In this document: positions 21,103-30,481 of the stretch, one piece after another
How the letters are laid out: each line of letters starts with the position of its first letter
How positions within the stretch are numbered: position 1 is the stretch's first letter
NCBI GenBank assembly: GCA_964019335.1
Contig: OZ025730.1
Coordinates: 186,001-250,000 of the forward strand
DNA: 64,000 nucleotides
Direction: 5' to 3'
Source of the DNA: Diplonema japonicum
Lineage: Eukaryota; Protista; Euglenozoa: Diplonemea
The notes under the pieces: generated by a model
What the model was told of the DNA's origin: nothing
What the model saw: only the letters and a program-made list of their open reading frames with translations
Database searches by the model: none
Program-made: the position numbers and the translations under genes

Positions 21103-24100
21103 TTATTTTGTTAAAACAGCCTCTGGGTTGTAGCACCTTACAGGGAAGGTGTGAACATGTCGGGTAGAAGGGGTTGTCAGCTGTATCTGCAGCAGGATAA
21201 CACCTGGGGTGTGGGTGGCGAGAGAAAGGGTGTGCGTGTGTGAACCAGGAGTGAGAGAAGCGGTGGTGGTACCCTCGAAGGAAATCGCGTCCCCAAGACC
21301 AATGCTGGCAACGGTGTTGGGACGCGAGGACTTTTGAGAGAACCCGATGTGAACAGGGAACGAAGCAGAGGAAGACTGGTCGCTGCCCGTCCGAACAAGA
21401 CGGATTTCAACCTGGTAAAAAGTATTGATCTCCAGCCTGATCTCAGAAGTGTCGACAAAAGTTGACGCGCTCAGTACAGTCTGCCCTTCTTCATCTCCGT
21501 CCTCACGCTTCACCTCCATTTTGACAGATATCATTTCCACATCGGTGCCATCTTCCTCCAGGACCATTTCCCCTTTACGTTTCAACTGTTTAAGCTTTAC
21601 ATCCCCTGTCTCACCACCTCCTTTGATAGCAGGCGTGCAAACCGGTACCCTGCCCACCCGTTCCTCCCGCATCTTCCATTCCAAATAAACCAGCTCGGCC
21701 TTGACCGTTCCCGTGAATTGCAACAGTGGTATTAATATTTGAGCCGCGGTGTGAGCGGGTATGAAGATTTTTGAGGGTGTCGGGTGGAATTCCCGCGGGC
21801 ATTCTATCAGATTCTGGTCGTCGCGGACCTCGAGCTTCCTCGGGACGATGAACGGCTTGCTGACCCTGTCGGGATCGAGAAGGTGTTTCTGGTACTTATG
21901 GTTGACCAGGTATATGCCTGTTGTGAAGTGGTTCGTCACCTTAACCTCGAAGAACCTCCCGCACTCCGATTTTATGCAGCTGCTGCAAAACAAACCGTCG
22001 GATATGTTAATATGCAAAGGCAACGCGGCCTCTCGTTGACTGTAAATGTACGTTTCCCAGCTTCCTTCGAGGTTTCTAACAGCTTCCTTCCCGACCAGCT
22101 GTTTGTGTTCCTTCGACCGCCCGTAGAGGACGGTCAAGTCCGTCACGTGGGTCCGGTCGGACACTGGGAGGACAGGGGCTTCTATCTCCATTGGAACTTC
22201 GATTTCAGCCCCGGCTGCAAGGGGGAGCTTCTTGGCAAGCATTTCGGCGTCATACCGCACACAAGGCGACATCATGATTGCACCTTTCGTTTTTTTCGAT
22301 TTGTCGCTCAGGCTCATGGTCAAGATCTCCACAGGCAGGCTCCCGATGTTTTGTATCACAAGCGTGAACTTCGAAACCTGTCCAGTAACCAAGGATCTCA
22401 CGATGAAGTGCTCTGAGGCACCTTTTCTAAACACCGACAAAATGGGGATTTTATCAACAACCGGGACTTTCATCGATGGGTTTACTGGGAGTTGCAGAGG
22501 GCTGAGGTGCTTTGGCGGGCCGTCAACTGTTTCAGAGACAGACACCACGACATCCACGGCCGTGATGGTGAGCAGGCCCGGGTTGAGCGGTTGCAGTCCG
22601 ACTGTCACAGTGACCGATTTCTTCGCAGGGAGGATCACGTTGTCTTTGCAAATCACCCTTGCCATCTCCACCGTTCGCAGGCCCACTACTCCTAAGGTCA
22701 GCTGCAGGTTGAACGGGTTCGTAAGCGTTATATTCACCTGCCCGGTAGTCCCTGCTATCCATGAAATGGTGACAGCCTCCTTCTTCTTCAGATGGGGGTT
22801 GTACGAAAACACTTCCTTCCCGGTCCGCACGTTTTCATAAACCGGGCGGAGATGCTCTGCCAGCCTTTGAACCTCCAACGAGATCGGGAGCAACGGGGCG
22901 AGCGCCGGCCCAGTCTCCGCCTCCATCAAGCTCAGCAACACCGAATGGCACCATTGCTGGTCCACTGCGTCGGCATAGCGAGTTAAGGTGTACAAGGCCA
23001 GCTGGTGGTAGTACTTACAGTCCTTGTAGGTCTTTGAGATTTCCTGTGCGACCTGCATCATCTCCTTGAGAAGCACGAGCTGGAGGACGTCCCACCCTTT
23101 TGCACCGTCACCTTCGCACAGTTCAAGCTCCATGCGTGACTCGTTGAACTTGAGGGGGACTTTCAAAAGCTGCGCTGCTGGGATGTACAGTTTCAGAGAC
23201 CTAAGGGGGTCGTGTCTCATTTGTGACTGCTGTGCGGCGAGTCTGAGGAGGAGGACAGCCTTGCGGTGGCAGCCGATGGTTATGCATAGCTCGGCAAGTT
23301 TTGTGATGATAGCAGTTTGCTCTTGGAGCTGCTTGCAAGGTGCGTAGCAGTCGAAGATAGACTGCAAGACTGCCTGCCGCTCCTGACCGCCAAGCGTCAT
23401 GATGAACTTCGTGTACCGCAGCCCGGCTTCGATACGGAGCTGCGGTGTGCTGGTGCTGCTCTCGTAGTTCCGCACTGCATCTGAGAGGTATTTTGTCACC
23501 TCCTCCACCCACGGCTCCGTTGCCTGTAAGCCTTTAGGGACGCCGTTCTGTGTGTTGAGAGAGTACACTGCACAGGCAGAGCCTTCAAGAGCAGCAGCTT
23601 GCCATGCGGTGTCACCAGCACGGTCTGATGCTCCTGCAGATTGTTTGTAGTAGCTGTGCGCTGATTTGAAGTCGGACAGCAGCAAGCACAGGTCACCGCA
23701 GTGTTTCAGCCATCTCGCTGATTGTTTATCCTTCTGTTTTGACTCTTGTTTCTCCGAGTCAATGTATAGAGGCTTCTTCTGTGGGGAGTTCATCGTCTGG
23801 TGCATGTCCTGCACAACACCTGTCAGCACCTCGTGCACCAATGCGAGCATCTTCCGCTTCGTGGACCCCTGGCTGTCCCATGGGAGGTACCGTATGGTTG
23901 GGATCGAGTCGGAGGCGTCGTTTTCGTCCTTTCCAGGCTCGCTGTCGGGGTCCACCATCACGCATCGGCTTTGCGGGAATTTCTGTTGGAGCAGTTTGTA
24001 TTTGTGTAGAACCTCTTTGAGCTGGTCGCCGGTGTTCCGCCTGGCGTGGACCAACACCAGAACTGCAACGATTCTCTTCGAAGCGACGATGTCCTGCCAC

Positions 24101-24366
24101 TTGGAACGTGTCAGCTCGTTCACGATGGTCAGCTCGAACCTTCCATAGTTGAGGCACAGCTGGAACTTACCCCCACCGTCCATGTACTGGTGTGCCTGTA
24201 GCGCAGCAACGTCTGCCACATTCACACACTTTATGTCCGACAGCATGCCGCTTAGCACATCTAAAATGTATGGACTCATCTCACCCAGCTTCACAACAGC
24301 CACCCGCATGCACCGCATGCCCGAAATAGTGGCATGTGGGTCAGGGTCATCTACTGTGTGGTCCAT
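21103..24366 (-). CDS. TRAPPC9: TRAPP II complex subunit Trs120/TRAPPC9
   Basis: 1087 aa. RWLKHCGDLCLLL...AGDTAWQAAALEG, GCHRKAVLLLR, GWDVLQ, VFSYNP and ITLTNPFNLQL match Trs120 motifs. Confidence 0.85.
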   Translation of the reverse strand: MDHTVDDPDPHATISGMRCMRVAVVKLGEMSPYILDVLSGMLSDIKCVNVADVAALQAHQYMDGGGKFQLCLNYGRFELTIVNELTRSKWQDIVASKRIVAVLVLVHARRNTGDQLKEVLHKYKLLQQKFPQSRCVMVDPDSEPGKDENDASDSIPTIRYLPWDSQGSTKRKMLALVHEVLTGVVQDMHQTMNSPQKKPLYIDSEKQESKQKDKQSARWLKHCGDLCLLLSDFKSAHSYYKQSAGASDRAGDTAWQAAALEGSACAVYSLNTQNGVPKGLQATEPWVEEVTKYLSDAVRNYESSTSTPQLRIEAGLRYTKFIMTLGGQERQAVLQSIFDCYAPCKQLQEQTAIITKLAELCITIGCHRKAVLLLRLAAQQSQMRHDPLRSLKLYIPAAQLLKVPLKFNESRMELELCEGDGAKGWDVLQLVLLKEMMQVAQEISKTYKDCKYYHQLALYTLTRYADAVDQQWCHSVLLSLMEAETGPALAPLLPISLEVQRLAEHLRPVYENVRTGKEVFSYNPHLKKKEAVTISWIAGTTGQVNITLTNPFNLQLTLGVVGLRTVEMARVICKDNVILPAKKSVTVTVGLQPLNPGLLTITAVDVVVSVSETVDGPPKHLSPLQLPVNPSMKVPVVDKIPILSVFRKGASEHFIVRSLVTGQVSKFTLVIQNIGSLPVEILTMSLSDKSKKTKGAIMMSPCVRYDAEMLAKKLPLAAGAEIEVPMEIEAPVLPVSDRTHVTDLTVLYGRSKEHKQLVGKEAVRNLEGSWETYIYSQREAALPLHINISDGLFCSSCIKSECGRFFEVKVTNHFTTGIYLVNHKYQKHLLDPDRVSKPFIVPRKLEVRDDQNLIECPREFHPTPSKIFIPAHTAAQILIPLLQFTGTVKAELVYLEWKMREERVGRVPVCTPAIKGGGETGDVKLKQLKRKGEMVLEEDGTDVEMISVKMEVKREDGDEEGQTVLSASTFVDTSEIRLEINTFYQVEIRLVRTGSDQSSSASFPVHIGFSQKSSRPNTVASIGLGDAISFEGTTTASLTPGSHTHTLSLATHTPGVILLQIQLTTPSTRHVHTFPVRCYNPEAVLTK

Positions 24367-24420
24367 CCCTGTGTTTTTGTATTTGACAATGAGGGAAAAA
24401 AAAAAAAAAAAAAAAAAAAG

Positions 24421-25296
24421 TTATTTTTTTTTCTTTGTTGCTGTTTTCTTCCCGACCGCCTTCTTCGCGCTCACCTTGACGGTCGATTTTTCCTTTGCTT
24501 TCCGTTTTTTCGCAGCGGTTTCTAAGACGGCTTTCACGGGTGCGAAGGACGTCCTGTGGTGTGGAGTCACACCGAGCTTCTTGATAAGCTCGCGATGTTT
24601 CGCAGTGGGGTACCCCTTGTGCCGAGCAAGCTCGAACTCAGGGTGTTCTTTGTGCAGGACGTGCATGATCCTGTCGCGGGTTACCTTAGCGATGATAGAC
24701 GCTGCCGCAATGCACATTTCTTTGCTGTCGCCTTTTACAATGGAGTCGGCAGGGGTGGGGTGGTTGGAGGGGATCTTGTTCCCGTCTATGAGGGAGTGGT
24801 ACTGTACAGTGGCCTCTACCTGCTGGGGGGGCATGGTGTAGCATGTTGATGTGGAGGGGCAGTCTTTGCATTTTTTTTTCCGCCTCGTTTTGTTGTTCGC
24901 AACGAACGCCTTACACACATCACGCATGCCATCTAGCGTCGCTTGCAAAATGTTCCTCCGGTCGATGTGGTTCGGGCTTATGACGGCGACGGCCCACTTC
25001 ACCTCTTTGTTGGCTGTTAATCTCGCATAAACTTCTTCTCTTTTGGTCTCAGATGTCAGCATCTTGCTGTCGATTACGTCTTTATCTTTGAATATATTAG
25101 GCAGTACGCATCCCGCAACAACTACAGGCCCTGCCAGTGGGCCTCTCCCTGCCTCGTCCACACCTATCACCTTTATCTTTCCTTTGCGGTTCGCTTCTTC
25201 CGCGCTCCTTCCTATTCCCGTGGGCGGTTTTGGTTGTTTTTTCTTTTTCGGGGATGCCGGTGGTTTGTTGCTCGTTCTTTTTTTCGATACCACCAT
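24421..25296 (-). CDS. rnhB: Ribonuclease HII, bacterial RnhB-like
   Basis: IGVDEAGRGPLAGPVV, DSK, LIDGN, IVKGDSK...IAAASIIAKVTRD, HKGYPT...HRTSF. Lys-rich N- and C-terminal tails. ATG at 25296. Confidence 0.92.
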   Translation of the reverse strand: MVVSKKRTSNKPPASPKKKKQPKPPTGIGRSAEEANRKGKIKVIGVDEAGRGPLAGPVVVAGCVLPNIFKDKDVIDSKMLTSETKREEVYARLTANKEVKWAVAVISPNHIDRRNILQATLDGMRDVCKAFVANNKTRRKKKCKDCPSTSTCYTMPPQQVEATVQYHSLIDGNKIPSNHPTPADSIVKGDSKEMCIAAASIIAKVTRDRIMHVLHKEHPEFELARHKGYPTAKHRELIKKLGVTPHHRTSFAPVKAVLETAAKKRKAKEKSTVKVSAKKAVGKKTATKKKK

Positions 25297-25493
25297 TCCC
25301 CCCCCCCCCCCCCCCCTCCTTTTTCGAATCGATGTTTTTGCTGGAAACAATTAGTATATATATGAATGCACTAAAAGAGAACAAGAAGCAGGGAGGGGTG
25401 TGTTCCTGGAAGTGATGAGCCGCCCAATTAAAAAAAAAAAAAAAAAAAAAATGGGGCTTTGATTGCAACACTAGGTGGCGTTAAGCGTGCAAT

Positions 25494-25759
25494 GAAGCAC
25501 GAACTACCTACTTGATTACAGGGGGCGCTCCTCGGCCGAGCAGTAGCTTCTTCTGCGTTCCTTAATGTGTGCTCAACCCTAGCCGGGGCGTCCCGGGTAA
25601 CCAAGATTCTGCGCTCGTGCAGTTTGCTGCCTGTTCGTCACCCTGAGCATCTGCGTTACGTTCTTCCACTCGGGCGCTACCGGTGATGACCGACGAGGAG
25701 GTCAACAGCGAACAACACATCTGATGTACTTCTTATATTTCCATGTTATCCCCACCACC
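25494..25759 (-). mobile_element. Short dispersed repeat (~270 bp), copy 1, retroposon-like, headed by an HDV-like ribozyme
   Basis: Closely similar, same-orientation copy at 58797-59074; similarity begins at GGTGGTG on the minus strand. Confidence 0.75.
25617..25759 (-). ncRNA. HDV-like self-cleaving ribozyme (predicted), copy 1
   Basis: P1 GGUGGUG/CAUCACC; P3 ACC/GGU; L3 UCCUCGUC; P1.1 GG; P4 CGCCC-GAGU/GCUC-A-GGGUG; J4/2 CGAA (catalytic C at 25637); P2 GCUGUUG/CAGGCAGC with further extension. Confidence 0.8.
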
Positions 25760-26201
25760 AAAAAAAAGAAGAAGAAGAAAAGGGGAATGGCAGGATAAGG
25801 AGAGGACAGGGGGAGGAAAAAGGACCAATTTAATCGGCAACAATAACTAAAAAAAAATAGAATATCTACGAAGAAAAAGGAGGGAAAAAAAGGAGGGTTT
25901 GGTGACAGCAGAAGGACGAACAAAGGAGCACCTTCTTTTTTTCTTCTATCCTTAATTGCTTCTTTTGTTCTTCCTCCAAAAGGAAAAAAAAGAGAAAAAA
26001 GAAAAGGTCACGAGTTACGGACTATATGTGCTGCTGTATGGGGGGGGGGGGGGGGTGAACTAAAAAAAACAAATTGCCATCACGCACCAAATAGAACCCT
26101 ACCTGGTGATGAAAGGGAAAGAATAAAGAGGGGAGAAAAAAAAAAACACTTTCGTGGAACACTTTTTTATTTTATTTTTATTTATTTTTTTTTTTTTTTT
26201 T

Positions 26202-26843
26202 TCAAACACCCTCTGCAGGTTGTACCGCTTCCGGTGCCTTCTCTTGTTCGGGTGCTCCTTCTTGCTGAGGAGATTCTTGCTGTTGAGGGGCCTCCTGTAG
26301 AGGGGCCTCTTGTTGAGGGGATTCTTCCTGAACATGAGGCAATGTGGGGATTCCGCCAAGCATTGCTTCAATATATTGGAGGACAACTGTAAATTCTTGC
26401 GCGTTTCTTTTAAGCGCGAAGACTCCAGGGGATTCTTCTGCGGTCAGGAGGGTGGTGTCGTTGACGTCTGTCTTGAAACCAGCCCACTGTGAGATTTTGA
26501 GGGCATGGGGATCGGTGTGAAGCTCGACAATTTTGAGGAAGCGGAAGGAGGGCTGCGTTCTTGCGTAGTCCTTCAGGCATGTAAGAGAAATGTACAACCG
26601 TGTCAAAATTTCAATTCCTTCCTGCCTGCCACCATACACAGGGTGCAGCGATTTGATCTCCCCAGCCATCTCACAGGGGGGAAGAGAGTTGTACAACTCC
26701 ATGTCACAGACACCAGTGGCCTGGTTCTGCTGCCGTTCCTTCACAGGTGCCCCGAAACCCCCACCCCTCGTCTGCCCGCCTTGCTCCGGAGCGGCACCAC
26801 CACCTGCCGGCTTCTGATTGTCATCTGAAGAGCAGTTTCCCAT
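26202..26843 (-). CDS. Hypothetical protein with dual-acylation N-terminus (MGNCSS) and Q/E/P repeat tail
   Basis: 213 aa. G2/C4 motif typical of myristoylated plus palmitoylated membrane or flagellar proteins; ATG after an A-rich context. Confidence 0.75.
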   Translation of the reverse strand: MGNCSSDDNQKPAGGGAAPEQGGQTRGGGFGAPVKERQQNQATGVCDMELYNSLPPCEMAGEIKSLHPVYGGRQEGIEILTRLYISLTCLKDYARTQPSFRFLKIVELHTDPHALKISQWAGFKTDVNDTTLLTAEESPGVFALKRNAQEFTVVLQYIEAMLGGIPTLPHVQEESPQQEAPLQEAPQQQESPQQEGAPEQEKAPEAVQPAEGV

Positions 26844-27204
26844 TTTGTTTTCTCTCTCTTTTTTTTTTTTTTTTTTCTTCTCCTTTTTTTTCTTTACGGT
26901 GTGAGAACAGAATAAGAAAAATATTTTAAAAAAAAAAAGGTATCAACGGGGAGGGGTGGGGGGGGGGGACATTTTTTTTTGAGGGAACGTGGCAAGGTCT
27001 ATACAATTAATAATTATAATAATAATAAGAATAGGGGGAGATAAAAAAAAACCGAATCAAAAACCCAAATTACAACTTTTTTTTTTTTTTTTTTTTTTTT
27101 CATGGGCACTTTTTTTTTTTTTTTTTTTTTTTTTTTTGGGAAACCTGTATAAAAAAAAAGAGGGAAAGAAAAAAAAAAAAAAAAAAAAGAACCCCCCTCT
27201 CTGC

Positions 27205-27831
27205 TTACATCACACAGCAACCTTTTTTCTCCCCCCGTCCCCCTGTATCCGGCACTGGTTCCTGCTCATGACTTCTTGGCGTTATAGGACGCGGTAAGCG
27301 GAGCGCACCAAGGGGAGACCACGAGTTTGTTGTTGGGTTGTACATAGTGCCCTTCGACCGGAGGGAAGGGTCAGTTGGGGATGCAATGAAAGTGAAAGCT
27401 GTGGGGTAAGGCTGCTCACGAGAAAGAATGGGTGCTAACGTAACTGACAAGAAAGAAGGGATGAAGGAGGACACAGTGGAAGCTAGCTGGGAAGGGAGCC
27501 TGAGCTTGGAGGCAATTTTTGCCCAGTACATCAGATGCTCCGCCTGTGTAAAGATAACGACCCTTCCCCTTTTGATGTTTATAAGTTTGATTGCCTCTTT
27601 TCGTAATGTGCGTAAGTCAGGTGGCTGCAGAGGCATCTGTGAGCTGACTGGATCTATTAGCGTTATCCCTATTTCGGTCCCTCCTTGCAACCGCAACACT
27701 GCCCACCCGTGTGTAAGGTCTTCTTCGACGTCCTCCACAATCCGCCCTTCTAGAAATCTTCCTACCAGTTTCGGGTCACCGCCACCTACAGGTGCCCCTC
27801 TGCCTCGTTGATCTCGCCTTACCACCGACAT
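27205..27831 (-). CDS. Hypothetical protein ending in a CaaX prenylation motif (KKGCCVM)
   Basis: 208 aa ORF filling a coding-like island; basic residues plus CCVM at the C-terminus. Confidence 0.65.
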   Translation of the reverse strand: MSVVRRDQRGRGAPVGGGDPKLVGRFLEGRIVEDVEEDLTHGWAVLRLQGGTEIGITLIDPVSSQMPLQPPDLRTLRKEAIKLINIKRGRVVIFTQAEHLMYWAKIASKLRLPSQLASTVSSFIPSFLSVTLAPILSREQPYPTAFTFIASPTDPSLRSKGTMYNPTTNSWSPLGALRLPRPITPRSHEQEPVPDTGGRGEKKGCCVM

Positions 27832-27848
27832 CCCCCCTCTCCCTTTCC

Positions 27849-27900
<52 letters not shown>

Positions 27901-27906
<6 letters not shown>

Positions 27907-28643
27907 TTCACTCTTCAGAAATTACTTCACGCACTGGGGGGTCCATTACTTCACGCTAAATCTCATTACTACGGTGAAATAATGGCCTGTTTTCCGTGAA
28001 GTAATAGGGGGTTTCCGTTAAATAATATGCCTCGGTAGGCCAATTTTTGCCTCGGTTCGGTTCCCAGTGGGGCTACTTTTTCCTCTCAGTTTGCTATTTC
28101 CCCCCAGGTTCAGCTCAATTGGCCAACTTTTGCCTCGGCTCAGTTCCAAGTTGGACTACTTTTTCCTCCCAATTTGCCCACTTTTGGCTAGGCCTTGTTC
28201 CCAGTTTCTGGGGGTAACTCTTCTGTGGGTAAGGGTAACTTAGTCAGCTTACCCAAGCTCCCCAAAAGACTTCAAAATACCGAAGCAGCAGAAAAAAAAG
28301 GAGCCAGCGGCCGCGCCAGGTATGGGAAGGCCTGATTAGAGATGGTGACAGTGGCAATGCCAGCGACAGCGGCAGCTCTTAGTCAACAAAAGGAGGGAAA
28401 ACAACTTGTATTGTAACCTTTGTAACCCCTCTCTTGTTGTACCCCTTGTCACCCTGTTGTGCCCCTCGTGGTGAAGTAATTTCAGAGTGTCGTGAAATAA
28501 AACCACTTACCTACCGCCAAGTAATGCTTTACCGACCTCTCGGTTCCGCATTTTACCATCTCGGGCCCTGCGGGCCCTCGACGGTAAAATGCGGAACCTC
28601 GAGGTAACGGTAAAGTCATTACTTGTTGGCAGTAAATAGCTAT
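27901..28643. mobile_element. Second hairpin/subTIR non-autonomous DNA element, opposite orientation to 5571-6145
   Basis: TTTTATTTCACTCTTCAGAAATTACTTCAC (27901) is an imperfect inverted repeat of GTGAAGTAATTTCAGAGTGTCGTGAAATAAAA (~28471-28502). A long hairpin ~28505-28640 follows, centred on GGGCCC-TGC-GGGCCC (28563-28577). Flanked by T tracts. Confidence 0.75.
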
Positions 28644-29333
28644 TTTTTTTTTTTTTTTAATTTTGAAAACTTTGTGGAAGTGGTGAGAAATAAAAAAAAA
28701 ATGCGAATAAGTATTCTTTTTTTTCATTTTTCATTTTTGGGGATCCCAGAAACAATTTGATTTCTTTTTTTTTTTATATAAAAAAAAACCCCCCCCTGAT
28801 ATATATTATTTATTTTTCTTTTAGAAAAGAGAACGTTCCTACACTGGAAGGGCATTTTCTTTTCTCTTTTTTTTTTTGTTTCTCTTTTTTTGCTTCAGAA
28901 GAAGCGTTTCGGGGATCTTCTTTTTAAAATGTGGTTCTTAAAAAAAGAAAAAAAAAAACCTTCATTTTCAAGGTGCTGCGATATGCGGGCTAGCATGGTG
29001 TGCAAACCGCACATATATTCTCTTTTGAACGATGTGAGGCTAACGTAACTCGTAGAAGAAGAAAAAAAAAGCAAAGGGGGGAGAAAATCACTCTGGACCC
29101 ATCATGAAGAAAGGAAGGACACGATACATAAGAAGGTTGTAGTGCGTGCACTCGAGAGACAGCAGACTGCAGATTGCAGGGAGTAAAATAGCAGTTAAGT
29201 AGAGAGAGTTAGTTCAAAGGGATCGCTGAAGGTTGCACCATATGGTGGTCATAAGGGTGCTCCAGAACGAGCTCCGTTTAAGAATTTAAAATTTAAGAGG
29301 TGAGGTTCTTTTCTTTCTCTTTTGAGGGAGCGT

Positions 29334-29370
<37 letters not shown>

Positions 29371-30481
29371 AGCAGTGCGTTTTTGCCTGTTCCCCCCCCT
29401 TGTTTTTGCCTTACGGGGAAGGGGAGAACTTCGGCAAAAGGAATCACACGCAGAAAAGAACACAACGTTTTTTTAGTTTTGTTTCTTTAGTTTTCTGTTT
29501 TGTTTTGCTTGTTTGTTTTCTTCACTTGCTTTATGATTATTTTTGGTCGGTAGCCTCCCCCCCCACAAAATATCTTGATCCGTCCCTGCACCCCGCAGTG
29601 GAAATCATCGGAGAAAGCAGTGGAGATAACATAAAAATATATTCTTGCGCTGTTTTTACAGTTGAAAAAAAAAAAAAGAAAAAAAGCAGCATGCAACTTA
29701 GTACACGTGAATAGTGTAGTGGATGGGAATATTTTATGTAACGATAAAAACACGAGAAAGAGCACGAATCCAATGAGGTTGTATTTTGGACATGTTCAGT
29801 ATTTGTTTTTTTTTTTTTTCGTTTTTTGTTTTTTCTCCTACCCTGGAGATTGTTTCCAGAAGTTTCCAGCCCGGCACTAGTTTGTGATCCTGTCAGTGTC
29901 ACATTAAAAAAACGAACAAAAAAAAAAACCCAAACAAACAGGTCTATTGTGGAATCCCAAGCTGCGTGTCCTGTGCTACAGTGCAGTGCTACACAAACAC
30001 ACCCTTCGAGGGGTGCCAACGGTGCATGGCTCGCGATGCCTGCGAGTAATGAGGGAGAGAAAGACGCCACACTCGGTGACCTTTAACGCGGAAGGAAGAG
30101 GGAAAAAAAAAAAAAAAAAAAAAGAAGAAGTTGGACATTAAAAGGTTAAAGGTTCACGTTCACCAGATGTCCTACGACACCCCGCAGGGGGGCGCACGTT
30201 GGACTTCAACAAACAAACAAACAAAAAACTCAACTTGGCATGCAGTGAAGGGACATCATTTTTGCTCTGCGTAAGAGCTGGCAGTACTGGGTATCTCTCA
30301 GTTTCGGACAAGAGGCACCCTTCAAGGGCTCCTACTAGCGTCCTAGTAGGTCGGAGAGTACCGTTCCCAACCACAAAAAAAAAAAAATTTTTTTTTAAAC
30401 AAATCAATATGATAGGAAACGAAGTGGCCAGGGGGGAACGAATAAAAGTTTTTTTTTCTTTCTTTTTCTTTTTTTTTTTTC

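Noticed and set aside
25684-25724. Box C/D snoRNA (TGATGA...CTGA) on the plus strand of the repeat
   Set aside because: Only ~40 nt, antisense to transcription, and fully explained by the minus-strand ribozyme fold.
30285-30370. Hammerhead ribozyme suggested by GTCCGAAAC on the minus strand
   Set aside because: No correctly placed CUGANGA core.
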